Shown here piece after piece: positions 11,014 to 24,410 of a DNA stretch of 64,000 nucleotides. Under the pieces are notes generated by a model. The model was not told where the DNA came from. It worked only from the letters and a program-made list of their open reading frames with translations, and did no database searches. Position numbers and translations under genes: made by a program. Origin of the DNA: Epithemia pelagica (Eukaryota > Protista > Bacillariophyta); assembly GCA_946965045.2 (NCBI GenBank), contig OX337238.1, positions 2,852,001 through 2,916,000 of the forward strand, given 5' to 3'. The first letter of the stretch is position 1; each line of letters starts with the position of its first letter.

Positions 11014-12438
11014 TTAGTGGAGAAGAGAAGGTTCCGAGCCTTGGTATTCCCAAACTCCTTGCGACTCTACTTGCAACAAGTGTTGTTGCAAATGGTCCTG
11101 TTGGTGAGCCTTATTATTGTTCCACAACACAGGGATGGAGGAATGCATTGGTACGAGCACAACCATCCGCCCACGATTCCTGTGCTGCCAGTTTCTCCAG
11201 GACCAAACGTTGGTCCCCGAAACCGTCCCAACAACAACAACAAGACAAAGTAACATGACCAGCACGGCTGATATCCATTGCGAATTTCTCTCGAGACTGG
11301 CGTCGTCGTTGAGAATGGACCGACGGACCGCATCACGATGATGACGACGACAAGAATCCAGCCATGCTCGGCCTGTTCTTTGGTAGAGAATCCTCCACAT
11401 GGTCCAAACTTCATACGACAGGCACTGGCAAATTGTCACATAAAATCCATGCCTCAATTCGTGTTTGATCCAGAGACGAATCGTGATATAACAATAGTCG
11501 TACCATGCCAACTCCTTCATGCCAATTGGTGCTTCTGGAATATGACACTTTACTTTCTCCTCGTCCTCGTTGCGGATGCATTTTTGGGAGAGACAATGGT
11601 TCAACACGCATTGCATGTCGTTGGTGTTTTGACAGAGTTGATCGACACGACGTGTCTGTTCCAAAATCTCCTGGTGAAACCGCGATTCCAAAGAATAAGC
11701 CTCCGAAACGTCGTCATGGAGGTCATCCTTGGCTTGTATTCGTGAAACTGTCGATCCAGCACCGCTCTTCATGGTTGGAACGGGGGATTCTTTCCTTCCA
11801 TTTGGACTTTGGTCCTCCACCACGAACTTTGAAACGTCTTGTTGTTCCAGATCCACGTCCCAGGAAGTGGAGTGTGTCGTGTCTCCGGCATCGGACGACG
11901 ACAAGACAAGGGACGGGGGAGACTCCCAGTCAATTCATTCCTCTTCATCTCGATCCGAATCAAAGACAATACATTCTTCTTCATCACGATCCGAATCAAA
12001 GACAATGCACTCTTCCTCATCATTATTATCTTTTGCAGTGTGGTTGTTCCTGTTTGGGTGACAAGGGGACACTGCCAAAGAAGAATGCGGACTCCAGACA
12101 TTGGTCATCCAGAATAAGGGCGTTCCCACAGGATTATTGTCCTCGTCATGAGAATCAGCAGCAGCATTCTTTCCACGACCAAAGGTGTGGTCGTCCCCCA
12201 ACAGAGGAGCTGACTGATGTCGTAGCAGCCGGCGTGGCAGGACCAAGCCGGTAGTTTCCGAATCGTTGTTCTCCTTCTTGTGAATCTGGGCCAGAAAAGG
12301 CAAACACGGCACGGACGTTTGTGTACCATGCCTCGTACAAACGTCACCACTCGTGTCGCTCGTGTGGAAGAAAGAGTTGTCGTCGTCGTCGTCGTCTTTT
12401 GTGTTTGTTGTTGGGAGTACTATCGCTGCTCCTCCAAA
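11014..12438 (-). pseudogene. Family X gene (Ser/acidic low-complexity region, short coiled coil, C-terminal TM-like segment) with a nonsense codon
   Basis: ORFs 11935..12312 and 11014..11904 are in one frame, separated by TGA at 11935-11937 where the 56-kb paralog has TGC (EEEC). Confidence 0.65.
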
Positions 12439-14220
12439 TCAATTGGACACGTCGTCGACGAGGACGACGCATGGCAGATGATTGGTAACGACCACCACGA
12501 CAACAACTCCGACAACACTGATCCTCATCCGGTGGTTGCCATTGGTTGTTTCGTGATGATGTTTGTTGTTGTTGTTGTTGGAGCAAGACGACACTTTGGG
12601 TCCAGGCCTGCCACAAGTTGTAAAAGGCGACATTGTCATCCTGATTGGGCTCCACCACTGCCACGGCAGAACCCTGCGAGGAGGATGTCATGGTAGATTC
12701 AACACACACCCAAACAGAAATGAGGATGCGTCTTGGAAGTTGGAAGGAACCCTTGCCTTTGTACAGTCGGAATCACAGTCATACACTCCCTCTTATACAG
12801 TTTCTCGTCTGTGGATCGGTCCATCTCCAGCATCTCATCCTCTCATCATCGGTTGGCATCCGAGTCCCGAGTCCCAGAAGTACTTTCGCGACCATACTCG
12901 CACCTTTCTATCCATCCGATCCCGTCTCAGACGCCCGCGACTCCATACACCCAAAAAAGAATCCCCATCGCGCGCGCATCTGATCGAGATCCTGGTCGTC
13001 TTTGGTTGGCAGAATCACCATGACGACCTACAACGACAACGACAAAACAACGGCCAACACACATTGGCACACGTTTCCAGTGTGTTGGTTGTGTCAAGAA
13101 TGATGATGATAATAATAATAATAAAAATGATCGAGTGACGGTGTGATTCTTCCAGACACACTCAATCGGTGCATCCTTCACAGTGTACCTTACTAGGTAG
13201 AACGAGCGATGATGAGGCTCATGACATTGATATCGAGACCAAACGACAGAAAGAAGAAGACTCTTGATGCCAACCACAAGTCCAGCCGTTGAAGCGTTTA
13301 ATGCTTCATTGTGATGGTCTTTATCATCATACCGAAAGAGAACAAAAAAGTCTCTCACTTTTTCTCCGACAACGCAATGTTAACCTGCATAGTGCAAGCC
13401 CGTGTGGAAGAAGAAGAGAACAACAGAGGACCCAGAAATCGGCCTGAGATAAATCATTGGTGGAAACGCACGAGATGCTTTGTTGTGATGGTCTTCAAGA
13501 TTGGGGAAAGAGTCCTGGTCCCTTTATTATGGGTATTTGCCCTGTGGTGTTTGTGCCTGTTGCATTTATTATTGTTCTTGTCGCTTCCCTACGTACGGTG
13601 GGTGATTTTCCTATCGTGGGTGCCAATTTCAATTGATCTCGATAGAATGGCTTCTAGCATCGTTGCATCTTCTTCGCGTTTGCCAGTGTGGGACAACCAT
13701 GTGTGATCAATGATTGGATTGGAACCAATGAATTTGGTCCGCTTCGTTGTGCATGGACGATGAACTAGCGCTTGACTGCGATCCTGATGTCTTGTGCAAA
13801 ACAGCCCGGAAAACTCTGAAAAGGGCCTCAAGACTGCAACGGACAAGTACTGCTACCGAGATACAGTGGTAAAGGGGTTCTAGTGAGGCTACGCTTTTTT
13901 CGAAATGGGATTGTCAGCGTGTTCGTGGAATCTCTGGATTTGTGCGAAAGTAGTTGTTTTCGTTGAGGATGGTTTTGGAACCGTCCATCTGTCCAAGGTC
14001 ATCCATCCGATGAATAAAAGAAGGATGGTTTTGGACGTGTTCATCTGTCCAAGGCCATCTGTCCATCCGAGGATGCCATGATTGAAATCGCCGCCGTGGA
14101 GGTGCGTCCATCGTTGCTGCCGTCTTTCGTTCCGGTTTTGGTGTAAAAGGTCCAGAATATTCAGTCCATCTCGTTTGAAGTCCATTTTCGAATTTTTTGA
14201 GGAGAAAGACGAAGCTCTGA

Positions 14221-15432
14221 GTGACGATGGAACTGCAACAGCAAGCAAAGCAATCCGGACTTCGCTTTGTGGACAGTGACAACAACAGTCTTGCGCCTCA
14301 TTGGAATACCAATGACTGGCCTCCCCTTTTAGGTGGGTGGCGTCAGTATCATGCTTCAGTCGTGCTTGACCATCCCGAACAGGATGACAGGACACAGACG
14401 GTTGTTGTTTTGGGAGGACGCAAACAAAATCAAGGTTATACCAACTCAGTGGTGTTGTTGAGATTGTCAGATGACAGTAAGCAATGGCGGGAAGGACCGC
14501 CACTGAACGACAAGAGAGGCTTTCATGCTTCGGTGGTTTGTAACGGAGGAGTCTATGTGATCGGAGGATGGAAAGGAAGTTCACACTTGGATAGTATCGA
14601 ACGGATCGATGTTGCAAATTTGTGTTCCGAATCAATGGAAAGCTCTACCAGCAACCAATGGACGACCCTGACATGTCGATTGTCAACGAGGAGAAATGGA
14701 TGTTCGGCTGATGCCGTCCAAAATCGCTATATTGTCGTGATTGGTGGATCCAACGGATACTGTTTGTCGTCGGTTGATATTGTTGATACAGCTGTGCCAA
14801 GCAACCACAATGTGATTGTGGGACCATCCATGTCAGTTCCTCGGTCTGGCTGTGCTAGCGCTGTCGTTGGTGACCGCATTTTTGTCGTTGGAGGCTACAA
14901 TTGGCACAATGGAGAAGATCTCAAATCAGTGGAGTACTTGGAGATTCATAATCCTTCAGGCAATGAGACAATGAACACAGCAGGTGCAGTGTTTCCATCC
15001 TCATGCCGTTGGACACGTCATGACCAACTCAATCTTTCCATGCGACGGTGTGATCATGCAGTTGTAGCTATTGGATCATGTCTGATTGTTATGGGAGATT
15101 TCTTAGCCCGGATCAATGCTGAGGTCTTGGATACTCGACGAAACACAGTGTGGAGCTTTCCCCAATCAACAGGGTCACGTTATTTATGCAGTGCTGTGGT
15201 TCACTCGAGGGGAATTGCTGTGATTGGTGGAGATGACAATGCTTCTTGTGCGACACTATCGTTGTTTGACAAGAATACGTGGTGTTTTCGTCGACTCATT
15301 GAGCAGGTGCCAAGTACAATCTTTGGGACAAGCAGAGACTCACTGCGATCTGCTCAAGGGTGTACTACAGTATTGAATGAGTCTCATGAGCGCTCTAAGA
15401 AGATGTCATCAACTGGCAAAACTGAGACGTAG
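14221..15432 (+). CDS. Kelch-repeat protein, copy 4 (403 aa)
   Basis: Six Kelch motifs (fifth GG altered to GD). The ORF track starts it at GTG (gtgacgatggaactg), the position of the ATG in paralogs; the next in-frame ATG is two codons later. Confidence 0.9.
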   Translation: MTMELQQQAKQSGLRFVDSDNNSLAPHWNTNDWPPLLGGWRQYHASVVLDHPEQDDRTQTVVVLGGRKQNQGYTNSVVLLRLSDDSKQWREGPPLNDKRGFHASVVCNGGVYVIGGWKGSSHLDSIERIDVANLCSESMESSTSNQWTTLTCRLSTRRNGCSADAVQNRYIVVIGGSNGYCLSSVDIVDTAVPSNHNVIVGPSMSVPRSGCASAVVGDRIFVVGGYNWHNGEDLKSVEYLEIHNPSGNETMNTAGAVFPSSCRWTRHDQLNLSMRRCDHAVVAIGSCLIVMGDFLARINAEVLDTRRNTVWSFPQSTGSRYLCSAVVHSRGIAVIGGDDNASCATLSLFDKNTWCFRRLIEQVPSTIFGTSRDSLRSAQGCTTVLNESHERSKKMSSTGKTET

Positions 15433-15607
15433 AAAGTGTCAATTCTAAAAAAAATCTTAGGACTAAAACGCAGTCATGAGAATGATTACTGCGAATCGAA
15501 GTGCTTGCTGTCCTTCCTGAGAACAATATGCGTTTACAAACATGCTGGGAGAAATGTACATCACGTTGTGTAACATAAACGAACAACAGCAAACATATAG
15601 TTACAAC

Positions 15608-17127
15608 TCAAAAGTAATCACTTTGTGTTGTTGGTACGATCTTTTGTAACCCAAGGAACGATCCATGCGGGCTGGTTATAGCACAAGCGCAAGAAACAAC
15701 AGTCGGTCTGCTCTTGGGTAGAACATCCTCTCCTTGTTCGATAGTGTTCTCGTTTGGGCGACAAGGGGACGAAACAGACACTGCGGGAGAAATGGGATTC
15801 CAGACATTGGTCAACCACAATAAGGGCCTTCCCACAAGATCACTATCATCGTGAGCTCCAGCATCCTTTCCACGACGACGACAAGTATGGTGGTCCCCAA
15901 ATGGAGGATGCAACTTCGAATCGTCCTCCTTCTTGTGGATCCGGGCCGAAGACAACAACCGTATGGTCGTTTTCATTGCATACCTCGTACCATCATCACC
16001 ACTACTACAACTATCATGGCTGCTGCTGCTGCCGCAAGTCCACCGAATGGATTCAGGTGCCGCCAAGACCGATGATGATAAGGACGATAACGACGACAAT
16101 GAGGAGGAATACGAATCCAATCGTTGATGGTTGCGAGTGATGGAAGACAACAAGACGGTTGCTACGTTGGAAACGATCGTTGGTGTCACGTGATTGTCGT
16201 TGATATTGTTTGGAGGGTCTTGCAGTTGAAGTGGTGGTGGTGGTCCAAGAGACCCACTGCCAACTGCACCATCATTACCCCACTCTGGCCTAACGTGACT
16301 CAGCTCATGGTCCAGGTGGTGGTTGTCCTCTCGAACCTAGGAGTGCGTTTTTTGCTTGTCCACTCTTATTGCGGGTGACACGATCATCTTTCGTAGTAGT
16401 TTGTCTTGATGGTTTGAGAAGAAAGGGGATACCGGGGCATTGCAATGGGTAGCCGTTTGCACCCTTTTCATCAAGTCCAAGGCTTTGTCTTGTTCTTGTT
16501 TCGTCGTTCGACACAAGCGATCGACCTGGACTTGCTGTTGACGTGCCGTCATGTTTCTTCTTCCTGTGTTGGGTGATGGTGTCGTGAACCAGTGTTTGCT
16601 TCGTTTTTCGGTAGGAGTGCTTCTTCTTCTTCTTCTTCTAGTGGTTGTCCGTTCGGGTGGAGATGGGTCGTGAAATTGAGGAGAATGCTTTGGCGTTTGC
16701 TTGCTTCTTTGTTGTTGTTTGTATTGTTCATGAAAGTCCTCTCTCTCTCCTCGTCGTCCTCCTTCGTCTTGTTACCAATGAGGAATGAGGACGCGTGGTA
16801 TAGTGTGCGTGTATTGTCTTGGAAGTTGGGGAAGGAGAACCCTTTGCCTGTTACAGTCCGTACAACAGTCGTACACTCCTTCATATGTGATAGCCCCAGA
16901 CTCCAAGGACTTCACCCAGTCTTGAAGGCTGTTGTACTGGATCGCTCGGTGTGATTTTTGGTCGGACAAGATGGTGGTGGTGGTCCTTTTTCGGAAGGAT
17001 ACGTTGCTTCTCTACTCGATCGAACCGTTCTCACATCGTCCGTGTCGTCGTAGGTGTCTGCTTCCTTTTCGGAAAGGTTGCTGACCTTGTCGAAAGGGTT
17101 ATAAATTATTTGTGTTTGAATCGACAT
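15608..17127 (-). pseudogene. Family X remnant
   Basis: Fragments MSIQTQIIYNPF..., MKECTTVV..., TPTIVSNVAT..SSSITRNHQRL are homologous to other X copies; stops, frameshifts and an internal deletion. Confidence 0.55.
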
Positions 17128-19660
17128 TCTGAGAGCGACAATGAAATGAGGGGATGACTTTGGGCGCCTCCCTTTCTATTTTGGTCTTACTGGTCATGCT
17201 CTTGTGCTGATTCGAGCGATTCTTCCAGAGTCCCAACCACACATGGACCACAACATCTACCCACAGACGGACAGTCCAAACGTTTGCCTTTTCTTGGATT
17301 CGATCCAGCCGCTGTTAAGTGCTCTTCTCTTTGCTTTGTTTTGTCTTTTTTGTTGTTGTTTGGGGATATCGTTAATTGTTACTACGACTTTCTTGTTCTT
17401 TCCGGAACCAATGTCATGATGGTCTCTCTTTTGTCATCCTCGTCTCTCGTCGTTTCGCCGAGAGTCCTTTTACAGTTCGCGTCACAGTCACACCCTACAG
17501 TGAGTTCTCTACTACTTATCTGATTGGAAGGCATCCGAGTCCCGAGTCCGAAGTACTTTCGCGACTATACTCGAACCTCCGATTCCGATCCCGTCTCAGA
17601 CGCCCGCGACTCCACAAAAAAAGGAGTCCCCGTCTGTCCGAGTCACGGATGTCACGGGCCAACAGCAAAAAGACGGAACACCCCTTCAAGAACCGTCCGA
17701 CAACACTGCCATCGCAAAACTTGCATCAACAAGGACGCACAACGAAGCGGCAAGGGCCAAATATTGTAGAGACCCAGACACCGCCACCCATCTCCTCCAC
17801 AACGGAATTTACTTGATCCCTTTCACGGTTGACCACTTGGGGTCAATGGGACACTTTGCCACCCGCCTACTCTTCAATCAAGATCACCCACTGCCCTTCT
17901 CCACCGCCAAACCTCCGGACTGGAATGATCCACACTTCGGAAAATCAACAACTCGAAGCAACCAACACCCAGCAGCATTTGCTCTGTACCAAAACGTCGA
18001 ACACTCGCCAGAGAACATTCTTGCCAAAGCAAACAAACATGTCAAACTCCACTATCCAGAAGCAAACATCTTCACCATGGCCCACTACGCAAAAGCATCC
18101 CTGGCTCATACCATTGTATCGTCCCTAGCAATACACGCCAACAACCAAATTGCAGCAAACAGAGCACACACAACAGTTCAAAGATCGCGCACAACCCAGC
18201 TGGCAAACTTAGCCAGAACAAACTTCGCCCCGGTGACACCACTTTACTCCCCACGGCCTGTTGCAGATTTTCTCTCACCGGGACCGGACGCCCCACTCCT
18301 CTGCTCGCTTACCGCTTAGGAGTTCCCCAATACATAGACCGGTAAAATAAAAACAAAAAAAAAGAGTAAAAAAAAAAGTCCAATCACCATGACGACCTAC
18401 CGACAAAACGACGGCCCACACACATTCGCACACGTTTCCAGTGTGTTTGTTGTGTCAAGAATGATGATGATGATCGAGTGATGGCGGCAATCCTCCAGAC
18501 ACACTCACTCACTCCGATGAACAGCACTCTCCAACCGGCATGACGGATGATTTGCGCAGAGAATGTTTCTTTTTGGGGAGGATGACGACGACAAGGTCCG
18601 TGGTGGTCTATGTATAAAGATCGTTGGCAAAAACACACAGACAGACAGGAATGGGGGAGCTGGTGGAGCATTCGACAGGATGCCGCCGTCCTCGTTGCTG
18701 AATTTCGCGGGTCCTTTTTGGGCCACTATATAATACATGAGGATGATACCCAGCCCGAAACGCCGCCATGGAGCTCTACACCAGTCATCCTCGAACCAAA
18801 CCAAAATAAAACAAAACCATGGAGCCGCATTCACAACCACCACAACAACAAGGACGAGGACTACACAATGCTGCGACAAACTGGAGCAAGAAACTAGCAT
18901 TCTACCATAACCATTGGCACTGTTTCGCAACGACTTGTTGAGTTGCGACACTGCTCGTGCCACACAGTGAGGAGAGAACGAGCGATGATGAGGCTAATGA
19001 TTGAACCATGAGCTCACAAAGAAGAGCGAACCAAAGTCGCTGTCTCAACGTGGAAGCTCCTAGCATTTGTTGCACCTTCGCGTTTGCCAGTGTGGGACAA
19101 CCGTGTGTGATCGATGATTGGATTGGAACCTATGGATTTGGCCCATTTCGTTGCGCATGGAGGAGGATAGAGCGTTTGGCTGTGATGCTGATGTATTGTA
19201 CAAACAGCCAGAAGGAATTTGAAAAGTGCCTCAAGACTGTAACGGACAAGTACTGCTAACTTACCAATATACAGTGGCAAAGGGGTTCCAGTGAGGCCAC
19301 GCGTTCTTCTAAATGGTCAGTGTATTCGTGGAATCTCTGGATTTATGCCGAAGCAGTTATTTTCGTGGATGGTTTTGGACCCGTTCATCTGTCCAAGGTC
19401 ATCCATCCGATGACTCAAAGAAGGATGGTTTTGGACGTGTTCATCTGTCCAAGGCCATCCATCCGAGGATATACGACCATGATTCAAATCGCCGCGTAGA
19501 GGTGCGTCCGTCGTTGCTGCCGTCTTTGGTTCCTGCTTTGGTGTGAAAGGTCCAAAATATTCAGTCCATTTTGTTCGGAGTCCATTTTCGTATTTTTTTG
19601 AGGAGAAAGACGAAACTCTGAGGTCCATTCCTTGGTGTTGTCATAAAATCTGCAAGTATC
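16240..19660 (+). repeat. Segmental duplication, approximately equal to 28230..31620
   Basis: Near-identical, including the LINE fragment; a few SNPs distinguish the copies. Confidence 0.9.
17674..18378 (+). mobile_element. 5'-truncated non-LTR retrotransposon 3' end (705 bp), possibly RLE/CRE-like
   Basis: Open frame ending at TAG 18319, then a short 3' UTR and an A-rich tail. Absent at the paralogous sites ~23960 and ~62495 (aaaaaga|tcc.atcaccatg). HNEAARAKY and LIPFTVDHLGSMG resemble the C-terminal end of restriction-like endonuclease LINEs. Confidence 0.7.
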
Positions 19661-20872
19661 ATGACGACTACACAGCAACAGCATGCAAACCAATCTGGGC
19701 TTGCCTTTCTCAACATTAATAATAACAGTAACGAGCCACATTGGAATACCAGTGACTGGCCAACCCTTTTGGGTGGGTGGCGTCGGTGGCATGTATCGGC
19801 TGTGCTCGACCATCCCGACCAGGATAACACTGCACAGACGGTTGTAGTTTTGGGAGGAGACAAACAAGGTCAAGGCTTTACCAACTCAGTTCTGCTGATG
19901 AATCTGGCAGAAAAAACTAAGCAATGGCGCGAAGGACCGCCATTAAACCGCAACCGAGCCTATCATGCTGCGGTGATTTGTAACGGAGGAGTTTACGTTA
20001 TCGGAGGACACAATGGAAGTTCACGTTTGGATAGTATCGAACGGATTGCTGTCGAAAATTTGTGTTCCGAATCCAAGGAAAGTTCTACCAGCAACCAATG
20101 GACGACTGTGACTTGTCGATTGTCGACCGCAAGAGATAAATGTTCGGCTGTTGCCGTGCACAATCGCTATATTGTTGTGATTGGTGGATACAACGGAGAC
20201 CCTTTGTCGACGGTTGATATAATCGATACAGGTATGGCATGCAACCACACTGCGATTGTGGGACCATTCATGTCACTGCCTCGGTCTGGTTGTGCTAGCG
20301 CTGTCATTGGTAATCGTATTTTGGTTGTTGGAGGCTACAATAGGTATAATGCAGAAGTGCTCCATTCAGTGGAGTACTTGGAGATTCAAGATCATTCAGG
20401 GATCGAGACAATGAACACAGCAAGTGCAGTGTTTCCATCCTCATGCCGTTGGACACGTCATGACCAAATCAATCTTTCCATGCGACGGTGTGATCATGGA
20501 GTTGTAGCTGTTGGATCATGCTTGATTGTTATGGGAGGTTTCTCAGCACCGGACACTGTTGAAGTCTTGGATACTCGCCGAAACACACTTTCGACCTTAC
20601 CCCAATTAACAGGGTCACGTTATTCATGCAGTGCTGTGGTTCACTCGAGGGGAATTGCTGTGATTAGTGGATATGACGATACTTCTTGTGCGACACTATC
20701 GTTGGTTGACAAAAATACGTGGTGTTTTCGTCGACTCATTGAGCAGGTGCCGAGTACAATCTTTGGGTCAAGAACAGACTCACTGCGATCTTCTCCAGGG
20801 CCTACTACATCATGGAAGGAGTCCGGTGAGCGCCGTAAGAAGAAGTTATCAACTGGGAAAACTGAGACGTAA
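19661..20872 (+). CDS. Kelch-repeat protein, copy 5 (type A, 403 aa)
   Basis: Intact ORF; N- and C-termini nearly identical to copy 1. Confidence 0.93.
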   Translation: MTTTQQQHANQSGLAFLNINNNSNEPHWNTSDWPTLLGGWRRWHVSAVLDHPDQDNTAQTVVVLGGDKQGQGFTNSVLLMNLAEKTKQWREGPPLNRNRAYHAAVICNGGVYVIGGHNGSSRLDSIERIAVENLCSESKESSTSNQWTTVTCRLSTARDKCSAVAVHNRYIVVIGGYNGDPLSTVDIIDTGMACNHTAIVGPFMSLPRSGCASAVIGNRILVVGGYNRYNAEVLHSVEYLEIQDHSGIETMNTASAVFPSSCRWTRHDQINLSMRRCDHGVVAVGSCLIVMGGFSAPDTVEVLDTRRNTLSTLPQLTGSRYSCSAVVHSRGIAVISGYDDTSCATLSLVDKNTWCFRRLIEQVPSTIFGSRTDSLRSSPGPTTSWKESGERRKKKLSTGKTET

Positions 20873-21269
20873 AAAGTGTTAATTGAGAAATATAAATACT
20901 ATGATTTAAACTCAGTCATTTACCAACATTCTGGGAGAAATGCACTCCACGTTGTGTAACACAAACGTGCGAAAGCAAACATAGTTCTAGAGAGCTCACT
21001 TCGAGCAATCACTTCGTGATGTTGCTACGATCCTGTGGCACAAGGAACGATCTGCTTTGTTGGACCCACTGCATTGAAGTGCATTGCAGAAGTCCCCGGA
21101 AAAGATTTTGTGCGTCCGGTCGGTTCTTCTCTAGATCTGATGCGTGTCCGCAGGTTTTGTGAAGGCCACTATATTCAGTCCATTCGTTGATTCCCACATT
21201 CCGTATTTTCTGAGGTTAAGAGGAGAAAGACGAAGACTCCTTGGTGTTGCTATAAAATCTGCAAGTACC

Positions 21270-22481
21270 ATGACGATGACACTGCAACGGCAAGCAGAGC
21301 AATCCGGCTTTTGCTTTCTGGACAGTGACAATAACAGTACCGTGCCGCAATGGAATGAAAATGACTGGCCTCCCCTTTTGGGTGGATGGCGTCGTTCGCA
21401 TGCATCGGTTGTGCTCAACCATCCCGAACAGGACAACAATGCACAGACGCTTGTTGTTTTGGGAGGATACGAACAAAATCAAGGCTACACCAAGTCAGTG
21501 TTGTTGTTGAGGTTGGCAAAAGAAAACTTGCAATGGCGCGAAGGACCGCCGTTGAACAACAACCGAGCCTATCATGCCGCGGTGATTTGTAGCGGAGGAG
21601 TTTACGTGATCGGAGGACACAATGGAAGTTCACGCAGGGATAGTATCGAACGGATTGATGTTACAAATTTGTGTTCCGAATCCATGGAAAGCTCTACCAG
21701 CAACCAATGGACAACTGTGACTTGTCGATTGTCGACGGCAAGAGATAAATGTTCGGCTGTTGCCGTGCACAGTCGCTATATTGTTGTGATTGGTGGATAC
21801 AACGGAGACCCTTTGTCGTCGGTTGATATAATCGATACAGGTATCGCAAGCAACCACACTGTGACTGTGGGACCATCCATGACAGTTCCTCGGTCTGGTT
21901 GTGCAAGTGCTGTCATTGGCCACCGCATTTTTGTTGTTGGAGGCCTCACTGGGTACAATGGAGATGATTTCAAATCAGTGGAGTATTTGGAGATTCATGA
22001 TTTTCCCGGCAATGACACAATGGGCACAGCAAGTGCAGTGTTTTCATCCTCACGCCGTTGGACGAGTCACAACGAGGTCAATCTTTCCATCGGACGATGT
22101 ATTCATGCAATTGTAGCTGTTGGATCATGTCTTATTGTGATGGGAGGTATCTTGGCCCCGGAGACTGTTGAAGTCATGGACACTCGACGGAACACTGTTT
22201 GGAGCTTTCCCCAATCAACAGGGTCACGTTATTCATGCAGTGCTGTGGTTCACTCGAGGGGAATTGCTGTGATTAGTGGTAGTGACAATGCTTCTTGTGC
22301 GACACTATCGTTGTTTGACAAGAATACGTGGTGTTTTCGTCGACTCATTGAGCAGGTGCCAAGTACAATCTTTGGGACAAGCAGAGACTCACTGCGATCT
22401 GCTCAAGGGTGTACTACAGTATTGAATGAGTCTCATGAGCGCTCTAAGAAGAAGTCATCAACTGGCAAAACTGAGACGTAG
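21270..22481 (+). CDS. Kelch-repeat protein, copy 6 (403 aa)
   Basis: True start taken as ATG 21270 (gcaagtaccATGacgatgaca, as in paralogs) inside the longer ORF 21144..22481; six Kelch motifs. Confidence 0.9.
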   Translation: MTMTLQRQAEQSGFCFLDSDNNSTVPQWNENDWPPLLGGWRRSHASVVLNHPEQDNNAQTLVVLGGYEQNQGYTKSVLLLRLAKENLQWREGPPLNNNRAYHAAVICSGGVYVIGGHNGSSRRDSIERIDVTNLCSESMESSTSNQWTTVTCRLSTARDKCSAVAVHSRYIVVIGGYNGDPLSSVDIIDTGIASNHTVTVGPSMTVPRSGCASAVIGHRIFVVGGLTGYNGDDFKSVEYLEIHDFPGNDTMGTASAVFSSSRRWTSHNEVNLSIGRCIHAIVAVGSCLIVMGGILAPETVEVMDTRRNTVWSFPQSTGSRYSCSAVVHSRGIAVISGSDNASCATLSLFDKNTWCFRRLIEQVPSTIFGTSRDSLRSAQGCTTVLNESHERSKKKSSTGKTET

Positions 22482-22657
22482 AAAGTGTCAATTCTAAAAA
22501 AAAATCTTAGGACTAAAACGCAGTCATGAGAATGATTACTGCGAATCGAAGTGCTTGCTGTCCTTCCTGAGAACAATATGCGTTTACAAACATGCTGGGA
22601 GAAATGTACATCACGTTGTGTAACATAAACGAACAACAGCAAACATATAGTTACAAC

Positions 22658-23439
22658 TCAAAAGTAATCACTTTGTGTTGTTGGTACGATCTTTTGTAAC
22701 CCAAGGAACGATCCATGCGGGCTGGTTATAGCACAAGCGCAAGAAACAACAGTCGGTCTGCTCTTGGGTAGAACATCCTCTCCTTGTTCGGTAGTGTTCT
22801 CGTTTGGGCGACAAGGGGACGAAACAGACACTGCGGGAGAAATGGGATTCCAGACATTGGTCAACCACAATAAGGGCCTTCCCACAAGATCACTATCATC
22901 GTGAGCTGCAGCATCCTTTCCACGACGACGACAAGTATGGTGGTCCCCAAATGGAGGATGCAACTTCGAATCGTCCTCCTTCTTGTGGATCCGGGCCGAA
23001 GACAACAACCGTATGGTCGTTTTCATTGCATACCTCGTACCATCATCACCACTACTACAACTATCATTGCTGCTGCTGCTGCCGCAAGTCCACAGAATGG
23101 ATTCAGGTGCCGCCAAGACCGATGATGATAAGGACGATAACGACGACAATGAGGAGGAATACGAATCCAATCGTTGATGGTTTCGAGTGATGGACGACGA
23201 CGAGACGGTCGCTACGTTGGGAACAATCGTTGGTGTCACGTGATTGTCGTTGATGTTGTTTGGAGGGTCTTGCAGTCGAAGTGGTGGTGGTGGTGGTCCT
23301 TTTTCGGAAGGAAGCAGCTGGTGGTACTCGATCGAACCGTTCTCACATCGCCTGTGTCGTCGTAGGTGTCTGCTTCCTTTTCGGAAAGGTTGGTGACCTT
23401 GTCGAAAGGGTTATAAATTATTTGTGTTTGAATCGACAT
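22658..23439 (-). pseudogene. Family X remnant (internally deleted)
   Basis: ORF 22658..23239 is almost identical to 15608..16189 and is joined directly to the MSIQTQ segment. Confidence 0.55.
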
Positions 23440-24376
23440 TCTGAGAGCGACAATGAACGAGGGGATGACTTTGGGCGCCTCCCTTTCTGTGGGTCTTACT
23501 GGTCATGCTCTTGTGCTGATTCGAGCGATTCTTCCAGAGACACACACGGACCACAACATCTACCCACAGACGGACAGTCCAAACGTTTGCCTTTTCTTGG
23601 ATTCGATCCAGCCGCTGTAAAGTGCTCTTCTCTTTGCTTTGTTTTGTCTTTTTTGTTGTTGTTTGGGGATATCGTTAATTGTTACTACGACTTTCTTGTT
23701 CTTTCCGGAACCAATGTCATGATGGTCTCTCTTTTGTCATCCTCGTCTCTCGTCGTTTCGCCGACAGTCCTTTTACAGTTCGCGTCACAGTCATACACCC
23801 TACACTGAGTTCTCTACTTGGAAGGCATCCGAGTCCCGAGTCCGAAGTACTTTCGCGACTATACTCGACCCTCCGATTCCGATCCCGTCTCAGACGCCCG
23901 CGACTCCACATATAAAAAGGAATCCCCGTCTGTCCGAGTCACGGATGTCACGGGCCAACAACAAAAAGATCCAATCACCATGACGACCTACCGACAAAAC
24001 GACGGCCCACACACATTCGCACACGTTTCCAGTGTCTTTGTTGTGTCAAGAATGATGATGATGATCGAGTGATGGCGGAAATCCTCCAGACACACTCACT
24101 CACTCCGATGAACAGCACTCTCCAACCGGCATGACGGATGATTTGCGCAGAGAATGGTTCCTTTTTGGGGAGGATGATACCAGCCACGAAACTCTCATCC
24201 TGTCGTAGTCCCCGGAACAACCACAACAACCACCAGGACGACACTGCTGCTGCCAAGCGGCGAATGAGCCACAAAAAGCCAGCAAAAAGCACTCTATATA
24301 CCAACACCAACGCTAACACCAACACGAAAATGACGCTGTTTTTTCGGAACGAGGCGCGTGCTACTGGAATGGCGAG

Positions 24377-24378
<2 letters not shown>

Positions 24379-24407
<29 letters not shown>
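24379..24407. repeat. (CT)14 microsatellite
   Basis: Direct reading. Confidence 0.95.

Positions 24408-24410
<3 letters not shown>

Larger units (their letters stand above)
8000..12350 (+). repeat. Older duplication (type-C Kelch, adhE fragment, coiled-coil ORF, X), approximately equal to 46350..47013 plus 53161..56900
   Basis: Same gene order, with more substitutions than the other blocks. Confidence 0.85.
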
